Notes: generated by a model from the letters alone, not told the origin. DNA of 64,000 bases from Saccharofermentans sp. (GCA_024403795.1 JAKSRD010000006.1:12589-76588); one strand, 5' to 3'; positions 28,252 to 38,071 are shown, counted from the first letter of the stretch. Made by a program: numbers and translations.

Positions 28252-29874
28252 ATGAAGATTCTTATCACTGAAAGCATTGCAGATGAAAGCGTACAGTACT
28301 TAAAGGACAGAGGATACGAAGTCGAAGAGTACTTAGGTCATTCTCAGGAAGAAATCGAGCAGTACATCAAGGGATTCGATGCGATCATCGTAAGATCTGC
28401 TACAAAGATCAACAATGCACTTCTTGATAATGCTGATTGCCTTAAGGCTGTCGGCAGAGCAGGTACGGGAATCGACAATATCGATGTAAAGGCTTGCACG
28501 GAGCATGGCGTTATCGCTCTTAATACTCCTACGGCTAACAATATGGCAGCAGGCGAGCTCGCAGTAGCACATGCATTCTCGATCTTCCGTAATATCTGCG
28601 TAGCTAATGAAGGTGTACACAACGGTGACTTCAGACGCGGTAACTGGGTAGGTGTTGAGCTCGAGGGCAAGACAGTCGGAATCATCGGTTTGGGCCGTAT
28701 CGGTTCGATCGTTGCAAGAAAGCTCAAGGGCGTAGGAATGAATGCTGTTGCTTACGATCCTTATATTCCTCAGGAGAAGTTTGACAAGGTCGGAGTTACA
28801 AGATGCCAGACTCTTGATGAGCTTCTCGTGCAGGCAGATCTCATTACTCTTCACACCCCTAAGACAAAAGAGACTATCAACATCATCGCTAAGGAGCAGC
28901 TCTATAAGTGCAAGAGAGGCGTCAGGATCGTTAACGCTGCAAGAGGCGGTCTCGTAAATGAGCAGGATCTTGCCGACGCATTGGCTGAAGGTCAGGTAGC
29001 TGCAGCTGCAATCGACGTTTTCGATAAGGAGCCTTCTTACAATAAGAAACCGGGTGAGCAGGATTACGACAATGTTCTTCTCCATGCTCCCAACTGCTAC
29101 ATCACACCTCACCTCGGTGCTTCTACAGTTGAGGCTACCGCTAAGGTTGGTCAGGGCGTAGTTGAGCTTATCGACGGCGCTTTGAAGGGGGAGATCGTTG
29201 CAGCCATCAACATGCCTCAGTTCTCCGGCAGTATCGCTGAGATCAAGCCTTACTGCTCACTTGCTGAGAAGATCGGTCTTATGTATTTCCAGGCTGAGAA
29301 TATGCCTATTACAAAGGTTGAAGTTAAGTACAGAGGCGAGCTTTCCGAGAGCACAGGAACAGGTATCATCACACTTTCACTCGTTATGGGGCTCTTGAAA
29401 GGTATGGGCAATGATCATGTTTCTTATGTTAATGCTCAGGAGTGCCTCGAAGAGAGTGGTATCGAAGTTGTTGAGACTAAGACAGAGTCGATCCAGAAGT
29501 ACAATAACCTCATCAGCGTTACATTCTTTACAGAGGACGGAAGACAGCTTAAGATCGACGGTACTGTATTTGCACCTGACACTGAAGTAATCGTTACATT
29601 CTTCGGTTATGAGATGAACTGCCCGTTGTCATCCACAGTTCTTGCTCTTAAGAACAACGATGTTCCCGGCGTTATCGGACGCATCGCTACTATTCTCGGT
29701 AAGCATGATATCAATATCGTATCAATGCACTGGGGCAGAAAGAACCAGGATGGTTCAGACAATACACACGCTCAGGCATTCGTTGCTGTTGAGCAGTCTG
29801 TATCCCAGGATATCATTGATGAGCTCAATGCAGCAGAAGGCGTTCTCCGCGTATCTTTGTTAGAGCTCGCTTAA
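28252..29874 (+). CDS. serA: D-3-phosphoglycerate dehydrogenase with ASB/ACT domains
   Basis: VRSATK, GRAGTGIDNID, GIIGLGRIG, NAARGG, TPHLGAST, C-terminal DVPGVIG ACT motif. Confidence 0.93.
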   Translation: MKILITESIADESVQYLKDRGYEVEEYLGHSQEEIEQYIKGFDAIIVRSATKINNALLDNADCLKAVGRAGTGIDNIDVKACTEHGVIALNTPTANNMAAGELAVAHAFSIFRNICVANEGVHNGDFRRGNWVGVELEGKTVGIIGLGRIGSIVARKLKGVGMNAVAYDPYIPQEKFDKVGVTRCQTLDELLVQADLITLHTPKTKETINIIAKEQLYKCKRGVRIVNAARGGLVNEQDLADALAEGQVAAAAIDVFDKEPSYNKKPGEQDYDNVLLHAPNCYITPHLGASTVEATAKVGQGVVELIDGALKGEIVAAINMPQFSGSIAEIKPYCSLAEKIGLMYFQAENMPITKVEVKYRGELSESTGTGIITLSLVMGLLKGMGNDHVSYVNAQECLEESGIEVVETKTESIQKYNNLISVTFFTEDGRQLKIDGTVFAPDTEVIVTFFGYEMNCPLSSTVLALKNNDVPGVIGRIATILGKHDINIVSMHWGRKNQDGSDNTHAQAFVAVEQSVSQDIIDELNAAEGVLRVSLLELA

Positions 29875-29920
29875 TAGATCCAGTACATCACAGAGTTTTC
29901 AGACCGCAGAGGTTATTCCC

Positions 29921-30970
29921 ATGAAGTACCATTATTCAAGACAAGAAGGTTGGTTGGGAAATCCCTGCGGTCTTGTTTTATTCAAAGGAAAGTATCATCT
30001 GTTCTTTCTGCTGAATCCTGACAGTCCGAGATGCGGTGCTCTTAGTTGGGGGCATGCCGTATCGGATGACTTGATCTCATGGGAAGAGCTTCCCATCGCA
30101 CTCAGTCCGGCTGATGAATACAGTTGTAATTCCGGTTCGGCAATCGTTCATGACGGAAGGATATGGTTGTTCTATTCGTCGGTTTCTTATGATCAAAATG
30201 CGAGATTATGTGTTGCTTTTTCAGATGACGGAACCAATTTTATCAGAGCCGAAGAAAGTGCTGTTTCCATAGCCATTCCTGAAAGTGTAACAATGTTACA
30301 CAACCCTTTTGTGTTCAGATTCGGCAATAGTTTCCGATTGATCGCAGGTTCCGGCCAAGACGGAATAGCGACTGTTCTTCAGTATGAGTCAGATGATCTG
30401 CTTAATTGGAAATTCAGCGGAAGCGTACTGTCTGACTGCAGATACGGAAGGGTGATCGAGAATCCGATAATGACAGAATCTGATGGTAAGTGGATATTTA
30501 TCATTCAGACAGAAAAACATATTCCGACCAAATTGCTTTTTGCCGTCGGTGAATACGATGGTGAGAGATTTGTTTTCGATAACGATAAAGAGCCGTTCGG
30601 AGCAGTGGAATTATGTGATGATCTGCTGTATCCGGTCACGGCAAAAGATGATGAAGGCAACACTCTCGTAATGGCCTGGATGTTTTCTCAGAAGATGAAC
30701 GAGGCCGCAATAAGCTGCCCGAGGTTACTTACGGTGAACCGGAAGGGTGAAGCATGCATGATGCCTTACGGCGACTTTAACCGAAGAGCAACTAAAGAGA
30801 GCAGTTTTGTAAGTTACGAAGACGGCCGTCTCAGAGTATTCTGTAACGGGCGTGTCGGATTAGATAAAGCATACAGAGAATGTCCCGAGATATCATGTCT
30901 CGAGGATGTGGGAATGGTCGAGGTCTTCATTAACGGCGGGACCGAGACGGTGTCATTATTTATTTGTTGA
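29921..30970 (+). CDS. GH32 (sucrose-6-P hydrolase/beta-fructofuranosidase-like) protein with substituted catalytic residues
   Basis: YHLFF, WGHAVSDDL..W, SGSA, YESDDL.NW propeller motifs; NDPNG, RDP and EC motifs altered. Confidence 0.75.
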   Translation: MKYHYSRQEGWLGNPCGLVLFKGKYHLFFLLNPDSPRCGALSWGHAVSDDLISWEELPIALSPADEYSCNSGSAIVHDGRIWLFYSSVSYDQNARLCVAFSDDGTNFIRAEESAVSIAIPESVTMLHNPFVFRFGNSFRLIAGSGQDGIATVLQYESDDLLNWKFSGSVLSDCRYGRVIENPIMTESDGKWIFIIQTEKHIPTKLLFAVGEYDGERFVFDNDKEPFGAVELCDDLLYPVTAKDDEGNTLVMAWMFSQKMNEAAISCPRLLTVNRKGEACMMPYGDFNRRATKESSFVSYEDGRLRVFCNGRVGLDKAYRECPEISCLEDVGMVEVFINGGTETVSLFIC

Positions 30971-30975
30971 TAGTC

Positions 30976-31539
30976 ATGTCTAAGATCTTAGCGTCAGGTG
31001 AAGGATATCAGATCCTATTCAAAGAAAGAGGGGAAGACAGCGAGAAGATCGCTCCTTCCGGAATGTCGGCATTATCGAGACTTGATGTACCCGTTCCCGG
31101 GATCATAGCAGTAGCCGATTCATCAAAGCGTATCAGTATCTTATCAAAGAAATATTTTCTCCTGTGTCAGGGAAGGATGGAAGAACGGGAAGGGAATATG
31201 GAAGATCTTTTGTTCCATGATTCCAGAAGCAACCGTACATTCCCTGTTAAGCGCATGCGAAAAGGCGTGAAAGAAGCACGCCTCAGTTATACGGTCTTAT
31301 CCTACGATGAAGAGAAAGACTTGTCATATGTATCAGTTGTTCTCGATACGGGACGTACGCACCAGATCAGGACGCAATTTGCATCAAGAAAACATCCGCT
31401 TGCAGGCGACGGTAAATACGGAAGCAGGATCAAGTGCCCGATCGCACTTGTCTGCGGTGAACTGACCTATTCGGAAGGCGTAGACGGAGAACCCGTTACC
31501 CTTCGGCTGGAGCCCTTAAGTCTACTCCGGGAACAATAA
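30976..31539 (+). CDS. Compact RluA-family pseudouridine synthase-like protein
   Basis: RLD catalytic motif, K.Y, LDTGRTHQIR, HPLAGDGKYG; overlaps the convergent gene by 44 bp. Confidence 0.7.
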   Translation: MSKILASGEGYQILFKERGEDSEKIAPSGMSALSRLDVPVPGIIAVADSSKRISILSKKYFLLCQGRMEEREGNMEDLLFHDSRSNRTFPVKRMRKGVKEARLSYTVLSYDEEKDLSYVSVVLDTGRTHQIRTQFASRKHPLAGDGKYGSRIKCPIALVCGELTYSEGVDGEPVTLRLEPLSLLREQ

Positions 31540-34348
31540 GATTCTCAATGCTGTCAGGCGTGACAGAAGGATCTACTTTGTAGACCGTAACACCTTCGTT
31601 GGAATATGCAACGGTTCCGAGATAAGCAAAAGCAGCGGAGTTATCATATGAATACTTATAGCGCTCCATGTCACCGATAACGATGTATTCGATGTTGTAT
31701 CTGTTTATGATCGTTTGAATGTCATGAATGTTAGAATTCAGATAGATTACATTAATATCATTGTGACGCGGGTTGATGAACTTGGAGAAGACATTCTTCT
31801 CGGGATCCGGATCAGGTACAAGGATATCGTTCTCTTCATCAACGATACCGTGGAAACGCCAGAGCCATTCATGAGTCTGCCATCCGAATACTGTCGGAAG
31901 TCCCGTATAAGCAGAAACGATACAGTTATCGGTATAGGAATCACCATACGCTTCACAGATGACGGGAGATCCTTCGACATTAGTGTTGAACCAGTCGATA
32001 CATTCCTTGTAGGGAACAAGGTTACCGGCATTCGGATTCTGAACATACTGACCGAGTTCGGAATCATAATGACCTGTGAAACTGCTCGTAAAATTATCAA
32101 GATAAGCAGTACCGTCCAAAGTCTTGTAATTTGCTCGGACAAGCTCGCCTGAACGCTGCTCAAGAGATCTCATCGTGTAATGTGCCGGGATTGCAAGAAG
32201 CAACGCAAAGACGATCGCGACAATGAAAAAAGAAGTTGAATACTCTCCTTCTTTATTAACGATCCAGAAAAGTCTTACGACTGAATAGATCATGGTTATC
32301 GAGAGGATGATGATCGCGGCAAAAGCAAACTTGAACATTGTGTTGGAACGCAGATAGCCGCCGGTATAGATATCTCTTACGTAGAAGATCTCAGGCGCGG
32401 CAATGAGCATGAGACCGACTACTGTCATTCCGCAGACAAAGATATCGATGAGATTACGTCTTGCCAGAAAGATCTGGATAGGATTTCTGGGAATCGTATC
32501 TTCGGTGTAACTGTTTGCAGAATTGTTTGACTTATTGTTTGAATCGGCCGGCAAGGGTTCGCCTATCCTTATAAAGTAATCGCGAAGCTCATCTTCGCCG
32601 AATACATTGCAGAGCATCTTGGTGTGCTTTGAAGAAGATACCGGTTTATAGTTCTTGGACGCAAAAGCGATGATGAAAAAGAACACGGAGATGATTACGT
32701 GAGTACCGTAGAGGATGAAGAGCTGATAAAAAGATGAGCGGTCCTTTACCTTACCGAGTGAATTCGAGATCATGTCGAAGTTAAGATTGAACGGTAAAGC
32801 AACGAGGGTTGCGACAGTAAAAAGGAAGCTCATGTGGAATGACGTCCTCGGAAGTGCGGACGGGAAAGCCACACAGAAGAAGAATACCGCAACCATCAGA
32901 AGTGCTTCGAGCGCGAAAAGAATGGCAGGCTTGTCACCGACGGCAAGGTAGATGAACAGGATTCCGCCGATATTAACTAAAAACACGATCGTACCGAGAA
33001 CATCGGTGAACTTAGGACTTCTGAACACATTGAATACGAGCGTGCCCATTGCACAGAAAACGAAGTAGATAAGGAAATCCCAGTAGTTTGTCATCTGTGC
33101 ACAGCCGAGAAGAACAGCACATAAAACGACCGGAAGGGTAATTCCGGACTTCAGTTCACGAAGAAGCTTGTTGCTCTTTGAAGATTCCAGATTAGTCAGT
33201 CCGCCGAAAGCACTTAGTCGCTCATTGATGGACGGGAGCTGAACAGATGCGATCATTGACAGGATAACTGCCGTGACGAGAAGTACGATGATCATGGAGA
33301 TTACGTGTGCGTGAAGATCTCCGACAAGGAACGAATAGAAAGGAAATTCCTCGATCGTATAGTCACCGCCGATACCATTCTCTACGACAGGGTTCCAACC
33401 GATATATCTTGTACTGTCAGGGTAGAAGAAACCGTCGGTCTTTCCTACTTCGGCACCCCATTTGCTGAACGTTGCAAGGAGACTGTTACCGAAGCTCTCT
33501 TCATCATAGAAGAAGGAATGTGAGTTACCCCAAAGAGATACTGCACAACCTGTAAAGAAACCGGCAATGTACTTAATGATCTTGCTTTCCCTGAAGCCTC
33601 TCATCTCTGAAGCTTCAATCAGATATTTGCCGATCACGAAGCTCATTCCGAACGGGATAGCCGTCGCAGAACACATTGCGATGTTGTATCCGATTCCCGT
33701 GGGAACGCCTGTGATCTTGATCACGACGGTCCAGATAAACTGACCGAAATAGTAGTAGTTGATAGGTTGACCGGAAAGCCACATGTCGTTGGCGGGGAGA
33801 CTGTCATTCCTCAGCATGGACATAACGAAGCCGTAGTCCATGTATTTTTCCTGTCCGTTGATGTCAGGAAGGAATCCCTTGAAATAGCACATCAGGAAGA
33901 AGATCACAAGGAACAAGGTCTCTTCTATGACAACAGATTCGATGAAGCCTCTTTTGTTCATCTTCTCGATGAGTGCCGTTCTGAAAGACTTAGGAATGTA
34001 GCAGCAGGCTGCGACGATGGCAAATGTCAGGACAATGCAGAGCACATTAAGTCTGAAGAGCTTGAGATGTGTAAGTGTCCACAAGATAAGGGAAGAAAGG
34101 ATCAAGCCCAAAGGTTGTGACAACAAAAAGCCTCCGGAGGAGAATCTGTCCCAGATCTTAGCTGCGAGCGGCAACGCGGTAAATCCGATCAGCATAAGAG
34201 CGAAAGACCACCAGAGCACATACTTGGCATCTCCCATGCCCATGGTGCAGGCACCGATTATGGTTGCGACGGCAAAAGGTATCAATATAAGCAAAAAGCG
34301 AAAAGGTGATGATTCCAAGCTTGTTTTAGCGGTTCCGTTTCCACTCAT
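31496..34348 (-). CDS. DUF2298 (YYY-motif) polytopic membrane protein, putative GT-C glycosyltransferase
   Basis: EKYMD, DMWLSG..INYYYFG, IEEFPFYSF..GDLHAH, NYWDF, RSNTMFKF, TGLPTVFGW..HE..WR. Confidence 0.8.
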   Translation of the reverse strand: MSGNGTAKTSLESSPFRFLLILIPFAVATIIGACTMGMGDAKYVLWWSFALMLIGFTALPLAAKIWDRFSSGGFLLSQPLGLILSSLILWTLTHLKLFRLNVLCIVLTFAIVAACCYIPKSFRTALIEKMNKRGFIESVVIEETLFLVIFFLMCYFKGFLPDINGQEKYMDYGFVMSMLRNDSLPANDMWLSGQPINYYYFGQFIWTVVIKITGVPTGIGYNIAMCSATAIPFGMSFVIGKYLIEASEMRGFRESKIIKYIAGFFTGCAVSLWGNSHSFFYDEESFGNSLLATFSKWGAEVGKTDGFFYPDSTRYIGWNPVVENGIGGDYTIEEFPFYSFLVGDLHAHVISMIIVLLVTAVILSMIASVQLPSINERLSAFGGLTNLESSKSNKLLRELKSGITLPVVLCAVLLGCAQMTNYWDFLIYFVFCAMGTLVFNVFRSPKFTDVLGTIVFLVNIGGILFIYLAVGDKPAILFALEALLMVAVFFFCVAFPSALPRTSFHMSFLFTVATLVALPFNLNFDMISNSLGKVKDRSSFYQLFILYGTHVIISVFFFIIAFASKNYKPVSSSKHTKMLCNVFGEDELRDYFIRIGEPLPADSNNKSNNSANSYTEDTIPRNPIQIFLARRNLIDIFVCGMTVVGLMLIAAPEIFYVRDIYTGGYLRSNTMFKFAFAAIIILSITMIYSVVRLFWIVNKEGEYSTSFFIVAIVFALLLAIPAHYTMRSLEQRSGELVRANYKTLDGTAYLDNFTSSFTGHYDSELGQYVQNPNAGNLVPYKECIDWFNTNVEGSPVICEAYGDSYTDNCIVSAYTGLPTVFGWQTHEWLWRFHGIVDEENDILVPDPDPEKNVFSKFINPRHNDINVIYLNSNIHDIQTIINRYNIEYIVIGDMERYKYSYDNSAAFAYLGTVAYSNEGVTVYKVDPSVTPDSIENLIVPGVDLRAPAEG

Positions 34349-35496
34349 GAAAAAGCTCCTCCGAGTGTATCAATGATGTTTTTATCCTGAGCATTAAGTT
34401 CGGTGATCGGGGCATGTTCGGCTGTTCTGTTAAGTGATTCTTCGTAAGATCTGATGATATCCGAACTGATCCTGCCCGCAAGGCTGACTACGGAATCCAT
34501 ACGGTTTTCCGGTATGTCAGCGGTAGCAAACTTCGTAAGTCCCGTCGAGCATACATAGAGATTCTCACAAGGATTCGAGAGATCGATCTCCGGGTACTGA
34601 GAAGTTGTTGCATATCTGGTCTTTGTAAGTCGCCAGGATTTTATGTCGGTCTTACGCAACGAAGGATAGAGCTTGCGAAGTCCGGTAAAATACTTGAGCA
34701 TGATCTCAGCATCCGAACCGATCCAGAGAGGGTCGGTTATGGAACAGGTGCCGACAAGATAGACTACCGAACCGCCGTAACCGCGTTCACCGAAAGCACC
34801 GGTGTGATTGATTATGGCATTGAAGGGTAAGCCGGAATCTTTAGGCGGAACCTGATAGAACATCTGTGACAGTTCGTGCTTAAGGACCATCATGGCTGAG
34901 ATCTTCGTGCTGTAAGTGATGTTCATGAGAATATCCCTGTCATCCATGGGAATTGGAAGTCCGTGGCTGACATTTATGAATGTTCTGCATGAACCTGTAA
35001 AAATTACATAAGTACTGTCGAATACTACTCTGGTCGAATTGGAGAGTATACAGCTGGTGCGGTACATTCCGCTTGCCAGTCTGGATATTTCCGCTACGGT
35101 TGTGGAGAAATAAATCTGACCTCCGTTATCCGTGATAGCCTGCATGAGACTTGATATAAGACATGCAAAACCACCGTCATAGTAACCGACTTTACGGTGC
35201 GAAGCCTTTCCCGACCAGGCGGAGTCGAACCAGTTGATCTTGTCGTCGACGCCCATCTCTTTGGACAGAGCAAGGAGTGCTTTATCACTTTTCCTCAGAT
35301 GGTGGGGAAGGAGTTCGAGGTATTCTCTTCCGATTCTGGTATATGCAAGAAGACCACCTGGAGAGACGAGCTCTTCAACGATGGTAACATTGAAGCCGGC
35401 TTTGACCAGCCTCATGCCGCAGACAAGACCCGACAGACCGGATCCAATGATGCAGACGGTTTTCTTCTTGTCTAATAACTCAATATCAGAATCCAT
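34345..35496 (-). CDS. FAD/NAD(P)-dependent oxidoreductase (amine oxidase/HemY-like fold), short form
   Basis: IIGSGLSGL Rossmann motif, E...PGGL, LE..PHH..KSD, GY..GGF; coupled to both neighbours. Confidence 0.75.
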   Translation of the reverse strand: MDSDIELLDKKKTVCIIGSGLSGLVCGMRLVKAGFNVTIVEELVSPGGLLAYTRIGREYLELLPHHLRKSDKALLALSKEMGVDDKINWFDSAWSGKASHRKVGYYDGGFACLISSLMQAITDNGGQIYFSTTVAEISRLASGMYRTSCILSNSTRVVFDSTYVIFTGSCRTFINVSHGLPIPMDDRDILMNITYSTKISAMMVLKHELSQMFYQVPPKDSGLPFNAIINHTGAFGERGYGGSVVYLVGTCSITDPLWIGSDAEIMLKYFTGLRKLYPSLRKTDIKSWRLTKTRYATTSQYPEIDLSNPCENLYVCSTGLTKFATADIPENRMDSVVSLAGRISSDIIRSYEESLNRTAEHAPITELNAQDKNIIDTLGGAFS

Positions 35497-36758
35497 TATT
35501 CTATGATCTTAGCCTCAAGGTAGAATCTCTTCTCAAAAGCTTCACCCATGGAGAACGTCTTACGGGGGAAGACGCCTTCTTTCTCAACAGTTGCAAAGAA
35601 AGTATCCTTGCTTATGGCAGGTACGAGGATTCCTGTATTGCCTGATACGGCAAGCTTTCTTACGGAATCTTCTCCGTGAATGTAGTCGCACTTAAGTCCC
35701 ATTGAGTCGATCATCATCTGAACGGAACCGACTGCAAGCGTGTGGGGCGGATTGGAAAGGGAGATCTTAACATCTTCGCCGTCTGCAGATACTACGACAA
35801 AGCTCTGCTTATCGTCAGAGGAAGAGTTGATCTCAATGCCGGCATCCTTGAAGAATTCTTTTGCGGAAGCTACGAATTCTTCTGCGCTTACATCGAATAC
35901 GACTCTGTGAATGGGCTCGAAATCAAGTCCCTTATCGTGAATGTTTACGATCTCGGCAAGAGCATATCTTGCAGGATGTGTAAGCTTCTCTTCGTCAGAA
36001 AGTCCTGCTCTGATGTTCTCCCAATGAGCCTTTGCCGAAGCGAGTGAGTGGTTGCCGTCACCTACGAGAAACAACAGACCGTCTTCGTTATCAGCCTTAA
36101 GCTTTGTAAGACCTGCCACAACGGACTCTGCGATGGCAGAACCGTCAGGAATGAATGTACCGGTGATGTGACCTGAACCGAGCATGAGATCGGTGTCGTA
36201 CAAAGGCCTGATGCCTTCTGCTTCAGCCATTGAGAATGCCTTCTCGATCGTGATGCCTTCGGGATCATCGATGAGGATCATGATATGAGGAAGCTCAAGG
36301 GGAGAGTTGGCTCTGATCCTGATCCTGGGAGGAATCCTGCTTAATACTGTTCCCTCCGTAGCGCGGCAGATGTTCTTGTTGCCGGGTTCAAAGCTGTAGC
36401 CCTCAAGATCGATGGCGGCCATAAGACCTCTTCTTGAAGGGTGAAGAGATGTAGATCTGTCGGTAAGGATAAAGCCTGTGCCGAGATCCTGAAGAATGTT
36501 CTCATCAAGATATCTTCTGGCCGTAGAAGCGATCGAATCAAGCTTCTGCTGTTCTTTATCGGAACCGAGATACACTTCGGGAAGAACCAGGTTCAGTGCG
36601 GAAGGAGCATCGCCCGCTTCCTTTGTGCAGTTATCCCAGTAATCGGGCTCGGATGTATATTGATCGCAGGCAATGACTGCCCACTTCTTAAGATCTGTTC
36701 CATTCTGCGGAATAAGGATGTCAGGTACCGCCATACCGATATTATTAATAACTCTCAA
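35496..36758 (-). CDS. DUF1015 family protein
   Basis: KWAVIACDQYTSEPDYW, RATEGT, LELPHI, GDGNHSLA, PRKTFSMG; TTG start 36758 after an AGGAG SD. Confidence 0.82.
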   Translation of the reverse strand: MRVINNIGMAVPDILIPQNGTDLKKWAVIACDQYTSEPDYWDNCTKEAGDAPSALNLVLPEVYLGSDKEQQKLDSIASTARRYLDENILQDLGTGFILTDRSTSLHPSRRGLMAAIDLEGYSFEPGNKNICRATEGTVLSRIPPRIRIRANSPLELPHIMILIDDPEGITIEKAFSMAEAEGIRPLYDTDLMLGSGHITGTFIPDGSAIAESVVAGLTKLKADNEDGLLFLVGDGNHSLASAKAHWENIRAGLSDEEKLTHPARYALAEIVNIHDKGLDFEPIHRVVFDVSAEEFVASAKEFFKDAGIEINSSSDDKQSFVVVSADGEDVKISLSNPPHTLAVGSVQMMIDSMGLKCDYIHGEDSVRKLAVSGNTGILVPAISKDTFFATVEKEGVFPRKTFSMGEAFEKRFYLEAKIIE

Positions 36759-36976
36759 TTTAAATACTCCTCTTCGAACATAAAAGTGCATATCATTCTA
36801 ACACGGTCGGGAATGGTTTTGGGAACAAAATCAGGTATTTTTATTATTTAGAGTGCTCGAAAATCATTAACGCAGTTGCAGCGGGTTTTTCTCGAGGTCT
36901 TAAAGCGTTGTTTTCGCTTAACTTACAGTACTGATAATGGTACTATAATCTCAATAAAAATCCTCGGAGGTGCTCC

Positions 36977-38071
36977 ATGTCCAACAGCGAACTGTCAAAA
37001 CTTAAGATCCTGTTTATGTACGATTTCTTCAGAACTCAGGTCAACGCATTCGATGACGGCAGTTCAGTCTCGGTAAATGACATCATCGGTTATCTTGAAG
37101 AGAAGACGGGATATACCTTTGAACGCAAATCCATATATGCTGATATCAGCAAACTCAATGAGTACATCAGCATAACCAACCGTGTAAAAGGTGCGGACAG
37201 CTGGATAACGTCTGAGGGCAGGAAGTATAAGAGAAATGAGCTTGAGGACGAGATAACGATCGATGAAGCCAGACTGATCGTAGATGCCATCAGTACGACG
37301 AACTTTGTAGATACGGAGTTGTGCGGCAAGATCACGACGATGTTCCCGACTTATTTCTCGGGACAAAATAACCGCAGAGCGTTGTATCCGCACTACGAGA
37401 AGATCAACACCAAGAGAATGTCCTGGCTCAATCTTATCAGAGGCAGCATAGAGGAAGAGAATGCCCTGAAGATCAGTTACGGCTACCAATTGGGAAGCGA
37501 GCTTACCGAGACATCGGATAAGTATGTCTCTCCGATGGTACTGGATTGGGATAACAACTGCTATTACCTGATCGCCATAGATAATAATGAAGCCAAGACT
37601 CTTGAAAGGGATCAATCACTTACCAAGGCTTTGAGACGCTACAGGCTGGACCGTATCGCGCAGGTCTCGATAATCGGGAAAGATGCTTTTATCGGTTACA
37701 AAAATAACAGATTGAAGGAACAGGAATTGAAGAGCTTCATTGAGAATTCACTCTCGGCCTTCTCCGGCGATAAGGTGATCAACGTTGAGCTCGTCATCAA
37801 GGGCAAGACACGCAAGGATGTCTTAAAAGCATATGGTGCTTTGGCTTCGCGTGTTCATCACAATATCAGTATCCACGACGATACGAAGCTGGATAAAGGC
37901 ATCCTGAAGATATCTCTCAAGACCGGTCATGCTCCGACTCTTTATACCGATCTGTTCGAATTGTCCACTTTTGATGGCGTTGATGTCGAGATAAATAATG
38001 ATGAAGTATGCCGGAAATACAGCGAATTCATAAAGAAAGCCGCGGCATCTGCAAAACTTCAAAGCCTTTGA
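36977..38071 (+). CDS. WYL-domain transcriptional regulator (N-terminal wHTH)
   Basis: KLKIL..S..DII.YL....ERKSIY.DI..L HTH; VSP..L.W....YYLIA and YRLDRI WYL motifs; SD GGAGG. Confidence 0.8.
   Translation: MSNSELSKLKILFMYDFFRTQVNAFDDGSSVSVNDIIGYLEEKTGYTFERKSIYADISKLNEYISITNRVKGADSWITSEGRKYKRNELEDEITIDEARLIVDAISTTNFVDTELCGKITTMFPTYFSGQNNRRALYPHYEKINTKRMSWLNLIRGSIEEENALKISYGYQLGSELTETSDKYVSPMVLDWDNNCYYLIAIDNNEAKTLERDQSLTKALRRYRLDRIAQVSIIGKDAFIGYKNNRLKEQELKSFIENSLSAFSGDKVINVELVIKGKTRKDVLKAYGALASRVHHNISIHDDTKLDKGILKISLKTGHAPTLYTDLFELSTFDGVDVEINNDEVCRKYSEFIKKAAASAKLQSL

Noticed and set aside
28333-29112. Long antisense ORFs (also 39467-40198, 46458-47228, 49231-49653, 24665-25249)
   Set aside because: They lie opposite clear genes (serA, alaS, ThDP/licD, gap, low-complexity linker), have no recognisable motifs and are expected shadows of codon bias
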